A stretch of DNA of 64,000 nt from Lama glama. Taxonomy: Eukaryota. Position numbers and translations under genes: made by a program. Positions 12,212 to 24,969 of the stretch are shown one piece after another. Positions within the stretch are counted from its first letter, which is position 1. Each line of letters starts with the position of its first letter. The notes under the pieces are model-generated. The model was not told the DNA's origin. It ran no database searches and saw only the letters and a list, made by a program, of their open reading frames with translations. Location of the stretch: contig CM052816.1 in assembly GCA_028534125.1 (NCBI GenBank), positions 7,814,001 through 7,878,000 on the forward strand. Direction: 5' to 3'.

Positions 12212-13558
12212 CAAACAACATGTTTTAATGAAAAAAGAAGTGTGGGATTCTAAAAACAAGTACCACATAATTCTGAATAGTTTCATACAAAACTCTTGAT
12301 GGGGGAAAAAAGTTAAAGGAAGACAATCTCAATTTAATACAAAATATTTCCTAGTTAGTGGAAAGGGGCAGGAGGTGCCTTTGGGTGGACAACTGGTAAC
12401 TCCATGTGCCCTGTACAAACGGGCTTCCTTCTGGGAGAATGCAGAAGCCCACGATGGAGACACTATCAGTGAAGCTTAGTCTGCCTTTCCCATTTGGCAG
12501 TGTCCCAGTCTCTCTTTAGTAATGATTTGCCCTGATGCCCAAAATGCAAGCCAGAAAAGAAAATGTGGATGCCCTATGGGACATGTACTGCATTAGGTCT
12601 GGTGCCTCCACTGGGCTGATTTTGCCAAGAGAGCCTTGGAAGGGAAGAGTAATGGATAGTAGGAGAGGTAGTAGGAGGGGGGAAACAGCCAATTTCAGCA
12701 ACAAGCTTGTGTTACAGCAAATATCAGGGAACAACTGACATTTCACTTTCTTGATCCTCCATTAAAAGTACTCCAAAAGGAAAACCATCAGGAGCTCAAA
12801 GAAATAAGCAATATTTACTAGGAGAACCCCCCCCCCCGATAGTGGGGGAAATTTGAATAAAAGAAGCTGTAGTTTAATGACACAGGCTTCTATCAAAACA
12901 CTGCCTAAAGGCGCCTCCACTAGGATGCAATCCATCTCAGATACACTCTCTGTGAATCACATCTGTGCAAGAATTTTCTTCATCAATATATTTTCTTTCA
13001 TATATTTTCCACTTGCACATGTACATTTATTTAGTTGTAGGAAACAATGAGGTATATTGGATCGGAAATCAGGAAACCAGAATTCTGAGTCTGTTACTCA
13101 GTAGCTAAATGACCATTAATGCCTCAATCTCCTAAGTTGTAAAATAGTCAGATGAGACCTATTCCTCCTGTCCAATACAGTTATTGAGTATAGATTTCAT
13201 TCATTTATTTCTTTATTTAAAACTATTCATTAAAAGTCTTCTACATATTCTGGGCATCAAAGGAAGACAAATTCTCTTTCTTACTTGTTTACATCTAGCA
13301 GTAAAATGTTCACAATAGGTAAGTAAACAAAAAAACAAGATGATATCAATTTGTGAAACCATGAAGAACTACACAAGACACTGAGATAGCACGATGGCAA
13401 AGGTTTTATCATGGAGATTGTAGTTAATCTGAATTTCCTAAATCGTGTATATTATCAGTGATTATGTTACTCTGTAATATATCAGCTTAAACATAATTTC
13501 CAAGGTCTTTAACTAAGAATTTTGATATTAGATCAAGTAAATTGGTGAATAATCTTTA

Positions 13559-13704
13559 TTTTTAAATTTAATTTTATTTTTATTGAAGTATAGTCAATTA
13601 CAATGTGTCAATTTCTAGTATACAGCATAATGTCCCAGACATGCATATATATATATCCATAATATATATACATATATTCATTTTCATATTCTTTTTCATT
13701 AAAG
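13559..13704 (-). mobile_element. 5'-truncated L1 3' end with long TSD
   Basis: T-rich tail plus antisense L1 3'UTR (attgaagtatagtcaattacaatgtgtcaatttct), flanked by GTAAAYTGGTGAATAATCTTTA at 13537-13558 and 13705-13726. Confidence 0.8.
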
Positions 13705-13989
13705 GTAAACTGGTGAATAATCTTTAGATGCCTGGATAATTTCTAAGGAAGACTGAATACAAAAATATTGGTCACCAAGCATGGTATGTACACACAGACA
13801 CACTTATTTTTAGATATTTGAGAGTAAATAAGCCTTTGGGGTATATTAATATATATGTTCAATTTTGCTACTGTAGAGATGTAAAAGGGATGTGTGTGGC
13901 CATAGGAAGTTTTATAATGTTTGCTTTGGTGGTGGCTAAATGTTTATATACTTCCAATCATACTTAGTTCCTTGCCTACTGTTATCTCC

Positions 13990-14230
13990 ATAAAGAAATA
14001 GAAGATAGTTACACTGGTTAAAAGTTGTAATTTGTATTCTAAGAAAGTAGATCTTAATGTTCTGAGCACAAAAAAAGAAATGGTAACTATATGATGAGAT
14101 AGAGGTGGTAGCTAACACGATGGTGGTAATCATTTTGCAATTCAGAAATGCATCAGATCAACATGTTATACATCTTAAACTTATACAATGTTAAGTGCCG
14201 ATTACATCTCAATAAAGCTGGGGAGAAAAA
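13990..14230 (+). mobile_element. L1 3' UTR fragment
   Basis: gtagatcttaatgttct...aaatggtaactat...ggtggtaatcattttgcaat...tacatctcaataaagctgg. Confidence 0.8.
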
Positions 14231-17029
14231 AGAGAAATGGGTAGGATCCCATTTTTATTCAATATGATAAAAACTAGAAAAATATTTTGGGGATACGCAA
14301 AATAAGATATAAACAAAAGTATGCACCTTTCATTTTTCCAGAAGAAAAACCTAATTATGACAATGTCAATTCTCTTCAAATAAATGTATAAACTTTAAAA
14401 AAGGTGGTTTTTTAGAGAGCTAAAATATAAACAATTTACTAGATTATAAAAATTAAGCATCAAACTTGTAGCACATTACAAAAAGATAAAATTAATGGAA
14501 AAAGAACTCATTCCAAATTTAACTAAACTTAAAAATATTTATTAAAACAAAGCAAACAAAAAAAATTTAACTATGGATCTGTTGTATGCTTTGCTCATCC
14601 AAAAATAATTGGATTTTTAAAAAAATGAAAATAAAAGTAACTGGAATTACTTGCAAAATCTCTACAAAATAGTCACTTTTTATACTCTTGAAAATGGAGC
14701 ACTAAGGACTGAAGTTTAGAAAGAGGTTATCAAGTTAAATTTTATAATGTCATAAATTAATGATAAGAAGCATTGTATAATCAGTTTTATCTATTGTCAT
14801 TTACTTAAAAAAATCTTTTTTAATATCTGTGTACCCAACATATTAAAATATTTTAAATTCGTATGGGCCATTGAGACTATATTAAGATTTGAAGTAGCAA
14901 AGAAATATAAATGTGCATGTAAGATTATGAGTGTGGTTTTGTTTTTCAAGGTAAAAAGAATGAGCAGTTTTATCTTGAAATAAAATAAATGACTGTGTCA
15001 GAATGTGAATGATAAATAAGAGACAAAATTTGAATGAGTAAGTTGTAGACGTTTGAGGAAAAGAAAACTTTATTTTCTTTGGTTTATGATACCTACAAAT
15101 AATGAGTCTAAAAAGCAATGAAATATGTTAAAATTTTTTACAAAGTTGGCTCTGCTTTAATGGACTTATAAGACTTTTTTAAAAAGTCTTTGCTGCCAAT
15201 CATTACATTAATGCAAGAGTAGAATTTGATTTTGTTTTCTGGTTGAAATGACAAACCAGTCTTGGAATATTCAGTTTGTTCTTAACAAAAGATAATGACA
15301 GTTCTTTTTAATTTCTGTGTAGTCTGCCCAATTAGCAGATATTATATACCTGCCCAGAAAAACTGTCTGTGCTTTCTGCTGGCTTTGATATGTCCTTGAT
15401 TATTTCAAAACAAAACAAAACAACAGCAAAAGTTCCTCATTTCTTAAGTAGCTGAAGTTCCTTATAATTATATCTACAGTTACGTTTATTTAGTTCAGTG
15501 TATTGTCACTCTGGTTAATAGGTAGCCAAGCCACAAGCATTCATTGTTCCCAGACATCTATGCTTCCGTCTTAAGCTAGTGATGATTTTTGAAAATTCTT
15601 TTTAATACTACCTTCCCAAGATCTGTTCTGTAGTTTATACAAATGTAACTGTTAATTTGTTTTTACATGTCAAATCACCTTTGTTGCTTCCTAGATGCCT
15701 ACGATACCAAAGGCTTGGTCTCTTACCTCATAACCCATGATGTGTCATTCGCAATCAGGAGGGATAGGAGAATTAATTAGATATGTTTAATATTTCTTAA
15801 TTGGCTTAATATTATTGGAGGATATGCATTATATATTAAGCCCACAAAATGGGACAAGCTCTCTAATCAAAAAATTAAGTTCTGTCCTCCCTGTGTTCGT
15901 TTTTTAAAGCAGATTTGTCAGTACCCGCATGTCCATGATATATTCTTACTCTTGAGAAAACACCGACAAAATCCACAACCCAATAGGATTTTACCCTCCT
16001 CTATTCTGATGTAGTTGTCTCCTCTAATAAGTTAATGGAGCCTTCAGTCTTATCAAGTTGTTTTTGCTTTCCTTGCATGCTTACCTGATTATCTTCTGCT
16101 ATACACTAAAGTCGCAACAAAGGACAGTCCCAGTGACTTGGTGGGAAAGATTGCACCAGGCACTCTTAACTGGAATAGACGTACAGGGCCAGGCTTCTCA
16201 GCATAAGCTGACCTTGCATCCACAAGTAGGTATCTACAGGCTGAACCCTAGGGTTGAGTCAGCATTGCTAGGACTCTTCTTAGTCTAGAAACAAACAACT
16301 TCATGGAAGTGCACTGCTGATCCAAGATTTATGAGTCAAGAATAAATCACATGAGCCTAGTAAGTTGATGAGGGGAACATAATTGTGGTTATTCGTTTTA
16401 GAATATTGTTGTTGGACTATTTTTAATGTTTAGTACTTGATGCGCCTACGAGGATGTCCTTTTTTCCTCTTCTGCTTTTTTGCTTCCTTCTCTCTCTCTC
16501 TCTCTCTAACCCTCAGTTTAGCAAGCTATGCTTATACCAGCTAAAAGGAAGTATTTTTTATTGATATTTTGTTCCCAATGATCCCTCCAAATTCAAGAGT
16601 GAGTACTTTTACTGAGTCCCTGGTAATGTAATTATTTGTAAAGAATAATTGCCAATAATAATAGCCAAGATTCAAAGAATCTGCCCTTAATTGGTATAAG
16701 AATGCAATTGGACAAATCTATTATACAAACAAAGCCATCCAAAGAGTTTTATATTTGAGAAAATATGATCATGTGGCCATTAAGGAACAAAAGTTATAGT
16801 TCCTTGTGGAAGCAAGGCTAGGAAGTCCCCCTGGATTGTAGGAAGGTAGTAAGGAAGACAGTAGGGAACTTCACTTGCTGGCAGGTCAGCAACCTTAGCA
16901 AATGTTGGGGACCTGGAGAAAAGATGGAGTCACTTACTTTTGAGGACTGCAGGTAAAGTCTGACAGAGGTTAATTTCTTAGCTTTGGTTTTCTTGTACTG
17001 GAAGAAATGAGCAAAGAAGAGCAATTTAG

Positions 17030-18390
17030 AAATATCAATCATTAAATAATTGAAATATTAACACTGGAAATATTACTTGATACAAAAGAAAACAGTAAAG
17101 GAGGAATAAAAGAAGAAACAATACATCTGAGATATAAAAAAACAAAAAATGAAATGGCAAGTGTAAATCCAACTATATTAAAGGAAGCACATTTTATAAT
17201 GGGTTGAATCCATCAGGAAATTATAAACATACATGCCCCTTGCAACAAAGTCACACACACAAAAAAACCCCACCATGGCCAAGTGGACTTATCCCAAGAA
17301 TGGAAGGTTGTTTATTATCCGAAAAACCAATGCAATACACCACACCAAAAGAGTAAAGGAGAAAAATAACATGATCATCTCAAGGGACACAGATCTGATG
17401 CAACTTCTATCAAAACCCCAACTGTCTTTTTTGCTAAATGGACAAGCTTATAAATTAAACTCATATGAAAATGCAAGGGACCCCAAGTAGCCAAAACAAT
17501 CTTAAAAAAAGAAGAACACAGTTGGATTATTCTCATTTTCTAATTTCAAAACTTAGAAAGCTACAGTAATCAAAATAGTGTAGAATACTGGAATAATGAT
17601 AGGCATATAGATCAATGGAGTAGAATTGAGAGTCTGGAAATAAACTTTCACATTTACGGTCAATTGATTACAAGTGCCAAAACAATTAAGTGGAGAAAGA
17701 ACAGTCTCTTCAACAAACGGTGCTGGAACAACTGGATAGCCAAGTGCAAAAGAATAAAGCTGGATTCCTTCCTCACGCCATATACAAAAATTAACTCAAA
17801 GTGGGTCAAACATATAAATGAAAGAGTTAAAACCATAAAACTCTGAGGGGAAACCATAGGAGTAAATCTTCATGACTGTACAATGGGATATTACGCAGCA
17901 ATAAAAAATGAAATACTGATGCAGACTTCAAACTGAACCTTGAAAACCTTATACTAAATGGAAGAAGCCAGCCACAAAGGACCACATTTTATATTATTCC
18001 ATTTATATGAAATACCCCAAAACAGGCAAATCAATATAGATGGAAGGAATAATGGTTTCCTAGAGCTGGGGGTAGTAAGGGGATTTGGGGGCAACATCTA
18101 AGAGTGTGAGGTTTCTTTCTGGGGTATTGAATATCTTCTAAAATGGGTTGTTATGATAGTTGCACAACTCTGAACGTATTAAAGCCAATGGATTGATGTT
18201 TTGCATACTTTATTTTGGAGGGAGGTATAATTAAGTTTGTTTATTTTTTTTAATGGAGGTACTGGGGATTGAACCCAGGTCATCGTGCATGCTAAGCATG
18301 TGCTCTACCACTGAGATGTACCCTACCCCCCAACTGCATACTTTGAATGAATGAATTGTATGATATGTGAACTACATCTTAATCAAGTTT
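17030..18390 (+). mobile_element. Old L1 (ORF2 fragments and 3' UTR)
   Basis: ORF track 17664-17846 [40 protein letters not shown] is L1 ORF2 C-terminal sequence; L1 3'UTR text follows. Confidence 0.9.
18212..18331 (-). mobile_element. tRNA-Ala-derived SINE (Vic-1-like) inserted in L1
   Basis: ggaggtactggggattgaacccagg...gcatgctaagcatgtgctctaccactgag; TSD TGCATACTTT at 18202 and 18335. Confidence 0.88.
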
Positions 18391-18954
18391 AAAATATATT
18401 TGGAATGATAGTGGGTAATGAGCATTCAATCCCTAGCTCCTTGGGAAATCTCCAAATGGAAGTTAGTCCTCTGGCTGTAGTAGTTGTTCAGCACCACGTG
18501 CCCTAGATTTGCTGGCCATACAACAGCGAGGCTTCTTTGCAAGTGAGTCAGGTCAAATATCCCCAACATATAGTGAAATCAGCCATTTTTGTGATCATGA
18601 ATAATTTTTGAGTTTTTGACCATATAGGTGGACTGATAAGAAAAATGATCAAAACTCAGAAATAAACCAAAAGGACAACTAGATGTCTAATCAACGTCAT
18701 AGAAGAACATGGCCTAAGATGCCTGCCTAAAAATCATCTGACTCCCTAGAAATGTGTACCTTTGTTTGATTTACTACTTTCTGTTAATTAGGGCCAAGAC
18801 ATTTTACAACTCTGTAAAGTTAGATGCTAACTTGTAGAAAGTTTGATGAGATACAATTTGTTTGTTTGGTTGGTTGGTGGGTTTGCCCAGAAGAGATACA
18901 AATTATTTCTATCTGATAAAAAAGATAACCCTAGAAGTTGTGTTTCTCTTGCCC

Positions 18955-19476
18955 TATAGGGCATTAACCAATTTTGCATCTAACGTATCAATATTTTGTC
19001 AGCATTCTTTGTCATCCTACTGTTTCTTTCATTAAACATCTAAATAAAACTTTGATTTATGCTGACTGTATGTATGGATACAAATTATATTTTTAACATT
19101 TTCAAAATTATACTTGAACGAACTATTTGGAGAGAACATAGCATTGGCAACAGATCCCAATTCTGGCACTTCCTGTGTGACCTTGGGGAAAGTATTTAAT
19201 GTCTATGAGCCTCAGTTTCCCCTTGTACAAAATGTGAATGCCAGTGCCTACCTCAGGGGGTCTTAGTGAGGATGAAATAGGATCGAGTGAAATCATGAAT
19301 GGGAAAGAGCTTATGACTGGAAACATAGTATATATGCATAGTATATATGAATTATATATTCATCTATAGGTTTGTTTCTGGGCCCTCAAGTAAATGTTTT
19401 TATTACCGTATAGAGCACTAACCAATTTTGCATCTAATTTATCAGTCTTATTTCAACATTCTTTGTTATCCTATTG
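18955..19476 (+). repeat. 68-bp imperfect direct repeat pair (18955-19022 and 19409-19476)
   Basis: Ungapped hand alignment gives 57/68 identities; shared core TAACCAATTTTGCATCTAA. Confidence 0.85.
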
Positions 19477-19922
19477 GTTGACTGATAACCACTTATAATT
19501 CTTCCCTTACTGAATTTTCAATAAATTGAAACACCACACAAAATTAAAGGGAAAGATGGAAGATTGTCTAATCCAAACCCTTCCTCTTACAGATGGGGAA
19601 ACTAAACTGAGGCTCAGGGAGGGTGAGTGACTTTCCAAGGTCACCAGCTGGTAATTGTTAAAGCCAGATGTGAACCCAGGACTGTCTGACTACAGAGCCT
19701 AAATTCTGCCACTCTGCACTATGATTTTAGCCAGGGTCTGATTTTATCAAGGCCCTACGTTCAAAACTCTCATTGCAGTATTTCTATCACCAGCACGTCA
19801 TGCAGAATAATGTTCCCTTTGTTGAATGAATGAATGAATGGTGGATGCTGAGCAGTTAACCAAGACTTCTCTTTCCAGTTCTGAGGTTCTGCTTAAAGGC
19901 AAAGTTCTATGCTTGAAAACAT

Positions 19923-20516
19923 TGTATTATTTTAGATTCTCAAAAAAAAAAAAAACCAAAACAGAACCAATTGTGTGTGTGCGCATGTGTGTGTGTTTTT
20001 GTTATAAAGAGAAATGAAGGGGAAGAGATCAATTTATTTTAAGGAATATGATTGAGGAGGCTGACAACTTCAAAATCTGTAGGGTAGGCTAGCAGGCTGG
20101 AGTCCCAGAGAGGTGTTGATGCTTCAGCCCAATTCCAAAGGCCATCTGCTAGCAGATTCCCTCTTCCTCAGAGAGAATTTTTTAAGGTCTTCAACTGATG
20201 GGATGAGGCCCACCCACATTATGAAGGGCGATCTGCTTTACTCAGTCTATTTATTAAAATGTCAATCTCATCTAATGAGGGGAGAGTGTAGCTCAGTGGT
20301 AGAGCACATGCTTAGCATGCAGGAGGTCCTGGGTTCAATATACAGCACCTCCATTAAAGAAAGAGAAAAACAAACAAAACTAATTACCTTCCCCCTGCCA
20401 AAAACAAAATTTCCATCTCATCTTAAAAATACCTTCATAGCAACACAAGGAAGTGTTTGACCAAGAATCTGGGTACCATAGCCCAGTCAAGTTGACACAT
20501 AAAATTAACCATCACA
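19923..20516 (-). mobile_element. MLT2 (ERVL) LTR
   Basis: Ends in gttgacacataaaattaaccatcaca (reverse complement of the MLT2 start TGTGATGGTTAATTTTATGTGTCAAC); internal gatgaggcccacccacattatg. Confidence 0.85.
20278..20411 (+). mobile_element. tRNA-Ala-derived SINE (Vic-1-like) nested in MLT2
   Basis: gtagctcagtggtagagcacatgcttagcatgcaggaggtcctgggttcaa; flanking ATCTCATCT at 20265 and 20415. Confidence 0.88.
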
Positions 20517-22352
20517 TTTGTTTTCCCTTCTGACCACTGCAGTCTGAAGGAAACTGTAACAAGGTACTTGTGTGTGTGTGTAGAATATAAAATTCCTGTC
20601 AGCTTCTAAAGCAAGCCAAAAAATACAGAACTGCAAGAAACCAGGCTGTGGGATGTAGTGACAGGTGGCTCATGGAGGCCGTGTGGACTCTGAGCAGAGC
20701 ACTGAGGTACGTGGGGCAGAGGGAGCCATCCTGAGGGCCAACCTAGAACCAAAGAGTTTCAGCCAAGAGGAAGCAGATCTCAGTTCACTTGAAGAAACAA
20801 TTTCTTGAGAGCTGTCTGAAGATGAAACCGAATGAACTTTCTTGGGGTGTCTTGGGCTCCTTAACACTGGAGGTACTCAACCAGAGAGACGTAATGGTGA
20901 AGGGCCGAGGAGACAGAGGGGAGTGAGTGCACTGTGGGCACAATGTCATGGGCACTAAACTGGCACTGAACAGGATGGCACCTGCCTTCTTGTGCTGGCT
21001 CTGTGGATAGTTTGCCATGTGACCTTAATGGAGTCCCTCCCCATCTCTAGGTCTTTTGGCCCCATAAGTGAAAAGAAGGGAGTTAAATTAGATGTTCTTT
21101 GAAGTCACTTGCACTTTCAAAATCCTTTCAAAGTTAAGGCTCACGGGTCATAAGGTTACTGCAGTTTTGAGGTAAAAGCACTTCAGTGCGAGGAGATCCA
21201 TCGTGTTCCACTTATGGATATGTCCTGGCTCAGACACGGGCGCCCTCCCTCTGGGCCCCTGAACAGCTCAGTTCCTCGTGGGAAGTCAGGCCCGGGGCGC
21301 CACGACTCCTGCAACCACTGTGCTCCCTCCCTTCCCCTTTCCCCCCTGGAAAAATTGCCAAGGTTCTTGTTGCCCCACAGATCCTTGGGCAAAATGCCTT
21401 CTTACTCTTTGGGGAAGCCCCACTTGCTTGCTAACTCACAAAAGAAATATGCTTTCAGTCTGGAAACTAGATGCAGGAACTTTAATTTTAATTACAACTT
21501 TTTTTTTAACTATAGCTGAAAGACCTCATTAAACTAACGATTAGGCAAAAAGGTGGAATGATGGAACTCTCCAAACATGGAATTTGAGATAAAATAAGTT
21601 GCCGTGCAGACAGGAAGAAAGACAAGGAAATGAAAGTTTCTGTTTTATAGCTCTCAAGTGGAGTGATGGTCATGTGGTCTCGTTAATGTGCTTATAATTA
21701 TTTGAATCAATTCTCTTGCCTTAATTCCAGAGCGTTCAATTATCACACAGTCATGTAGCTGAGAGAGACTGTAGAATGCCTATTACTGGAAGATATCTCA
21801 GCCCAGTCAGTCTAATTTTTGAAGTAAACTGTGAGCTCAAAAAAAAAAACTGCATAATAAAGCCTTTGCCCTTTTTTTTTCCACAAAAAAAAATTACTTA
21901 CTTAAAAAATATTTCTTTAAGACTGCTTACCACATAGCAAGGATTTTACATGCATCATACCACTTAGTCCTCGCAACAATTCTATGCTGAAAATGTTATT
22001 AACCCCAGTGTTACTAACTTAACCTCCCAAAGAGGATAGTTAGCTTATCTAAGGTTACCCAGCCGTTAAGTGGCAGAACTGATTCTAAATGTCCCGCACC
22101 TGACTGTCTCTTACTGCATGAAGTCCCCTCTCTGTGCCTCTGTTTTTGGCTCCAGGAAGTGGAGTCATTCCTGCCCAAGCTAACGCACAGTCAGACCCCT
22201 GGATGTATGACGAGGATAGAGGGTAGAGGACAGTGACTGTGACTGTGAGAATCAAAAGGAAAAATCCTTTGGAAACCTAAACAGTGCTACTACATTTTAC
22301 AGAGTATTGGTAAATAGGACTTAGTTACTTTAAATATACATTAAATTATATT

Positions 22353-22913
22353 TGTCCCTCCAGATTCACCCCCACACACTTCTGCATTTTGCGCTGTACA
22401 TGGGGAGACGCATCTCTACTACATCTAGCCCACATCAGTGTGCCCTGTAGCCGACACTGTCAATGCCCCGCCCAAATCACTGGGAACTCACCCACTTCAG
22501 TTCTCTGCAGACTGCCAGCTGCTGCTACCTGCATCTTTGTTGCTGAGGGCTTTTCCCAGAACCATACAAGGCCAATCTGCCAGCCTGGCATTCCAAACGT
22601 GCCCAGGAGTTAACACCCATCCCCAGGAGCATCTCTCAACCAAAGACCTTAGATGTATAAATACCCCAACTCCCTCACTCTTTGGTGGAATCACTTTGAT
22701 GTATATGTTTACATTGTCTCCCTGAGTTTCTCTGTGGGACTGAGCTCCAGTCACACACTCTGATAGCTGGTTTAATAACACAATCTTACTGGCTACCTTC
22801 TCTTCCCTGTGTCACTTCCTCACTCCTCCTAGTGTACCGTGAACCTCTCAAATAAATGACTTTTACTTAAACCCTTACTGCATAGTCTGCTTTTAAGGGA
22901 ACCCAAACTAACA
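22353..22913 (+). mobile_element. LTR16-like (ERVL) LTR
   Basis: 3' end aataaatgacttttacttaaaccctt...gtctgcttttaagggaacccaaactaaca; internal ctggcttccttc-like/cacttcctcactcc segments. Confidence 0.65.
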
Positions 22914-23510
22914 TAGGTTTCCTTGATGTCTTGCTTCCTGTAGGGTTTAGCTAAGAGGGATGAACCAGCAGGAGCTGAGGTGTTTTGCATACTATCTTCC
23001 ACCCCAAGGATGTCAATGCCTGACTCTGTCCTCCACCCAGAGGTCTGACTTTTCGGGGGGCCCTCTTTACACAGCTCTGTCTCCAGGTTCCAGCAAGTTC
23101 CCCCTCTCCTGACCCCTTCCGGCCCCAGGCCATTAAACAGCACTTTACCTCTGTATGAGGCACTACAATATTCCTTGTGATGACCCTCCACCCAATTCAT
23201 GCTTTTTTAAGTAGTCCCTGTATTAAAATTTTCTCAAATTCTGAGTTTAGCCCACAATCTGCTCCAGTTGGTACCATGAGTGGTTCAGAAAGTTTGATGA
23301 CTTCAGGGTTTGGCCTCAGATAACTGGTGATGAGGATACGTGTGAAGTGCACAGGTGATGACAAGGATGGTGGAGGAAGCAGAGACAGAAAAGCATACAT
23401 TGCAACAGAGGCTAACTGTTATGGGGGTGGTAAAGGAAGCTGGTTATATTATCTATTGCTGTGTAACAAAGAATCTCAAAATTTAGCAGCTTATCAGAAG
23501 AAAAAGAAAA

Positions 23511-23650
23511 GGGGGGAGGGTATAGCTCAAGTGGTAGAGTGCATGCTTAGCACTCCTCTAAATCCCCAGTACCTCCTCTGAAAATAAATAAATAAACTTT
23601 ATTACCCCACCACACACAAAATAAACCGAAAAAACAAACAAAAAAAAAAA
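23511..23650 (+). mobile_element. tRNA-Ala-derived SINE (Vic-1-like) with internal deletion
   Basis: ggggagggtatagctcaagtggtagagtgcatgcttagca...aatccccagtacctcc; 15-bp TSD AGAAGAAAAAGAAAA at 23496 and 23651. Confidence 0.88.
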
Positions 23651-23687
23651 AGAAGAAAAAGAAAACACTAACTTGGAAAGATATCTG

Positions 23688-23840
23688 AGGGGGGAGGTTG
23701 TAGCTCAGCGGTAGAGCACATGCCTAGCATGCACAAGGTCCTGGGTTCCATCCCCAGTATCTCCATTAAAATAAATAAATAAACCTAATTACCTCCCCCC
23801 ACAAACAAACAAAACCAATAAATAAATTAATTAATTAAAA
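23688..23840 (+). mobile_element. tRNA-Ala-derived SINE (Vic-1-like)
   Basis: gtagctcagcggtagagcacatgcctagcatgcacaaggtcctgggttccatccccagtatctcca, then aaacctaattacctcccc and an A-rich tail; AAAGATA on both flanks. Confidence 0.88.
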
Positions 23841-24029
23841 AAAAGATAAGTGCACCCCGCCATGCTCACTGCAGTATTATTTACAATAGCCAGGATGTGG
23901 AAACAACCTAGGTGTCCACCCATGGAAGAATAAATGAGGAAAGTGTGCTAGATATTTACACACACACACACACATATATACATAGCACAGTTTAATCAAT
24001 TTCATGTAATCTTGGCCAAGTCATATAAC

Positions 24030-24955
24030 CTTTTTTTTTAATTGAAGTATAGCTGATTTATAATATTGTGTTATTTCATGATTTATAGCAAAGTGATTCA
24101 GTTTTATATGTATATTCCTCAGATTATTTTCCATTATTGGTTATTACAAGATATTGAATATTGTTCCCTGTATTATACAGTAAATCTTTATTGCTTATCT
24201 ATTTTATGTATAATAGTTTGTATCTGCTAATCCCATACTCCTAATTTATCCTTCCCCACTCCCTTCCCCTCAAGTAACCATAAATTTGTTTTCTGTCTGT
24301 GAGTCTGTTTCTATTTTGTATATTGATTCATTTGTATTATTTTTTAGATTCCACATATGAGTGACATCATATATTTGTCTTTCTCTATCTGACTTAATTC
24401 ACTTAGTATGATATTCTCTGGGTCCATCCCTGTTGCTGCAGATGGCAATATTTCATTCTTCTGGCTGAGTAATATTCCATTGTATACATTCACAGACATC
24501 GCATTTTCTTAAACTTAACATCTGTTGATGGGCATTTGAGTTGTTGCCACATCTCGGCAATTGTAACTAGTGCTGCTGTGAACATTGGGATGCATTTATC
24601 TTCTCAAATTTCAGCTTTCATCTTTTCTGAATATAGGCCTACGAGTGGGATTGCTGGCTCATAAGGTAGCTCTATTTTTAGTTTTTTTAAGGAACATCCA
24701 TACTGTTTTCTATACTGGCTGCACCAATTTACATCCCCACCGACAGTGCTGGAGGGTTCCCTTTCCCTCACACCCTCTCCAGCATTTTTTATCTGTAGAC
24801 TTTTTGATGATGGGTGTTCTGACCAGTGTGAGGTGATACCTCATTGTAGTTCTGCATTTCTCTAATAATTAGCGATGTTGAGCATCTTTTCATGTGTCTG
24901 TTGGCGATCTGTGTGTCTTCTTTGGAGAAATGTCTATTTAAGTCTCCTTACCATT
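24030..24955 (-). mobile_element. L1 3' end (ORF2 C-terminus and 3' UTR)
   Basis: Poly(T) at 24032; antisense L1 text (tggctgcaccaatttacatccccacc; gtgaggtgatacctcattgtag; ttggagaaatgtctatttaagtc). Confidence 0.9.
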
Positions 24956-24969
24956 TTGTGATTAAGTTC

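Larger units (their letters stand above)
14400..18900 (+). mobile_element. Highly decayed class I ERV internal region (possible pol C-terminus and env TM remnants), interrupted by an L1
   Basis: 18441-18541 translates, with one frameshift, to LGNLQMEVSPLAVVVVQHH/ALDLLAIQQRGFFA, resembling the gamma-type env heptad plus ISD (LQxQLNSLAxVVLQNRRALDLL). 16139-16171 WWERLHQALLT resembles the integrase WxGPYxVLL module. Outer boundaries uncertain. Confidence 0.55.
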
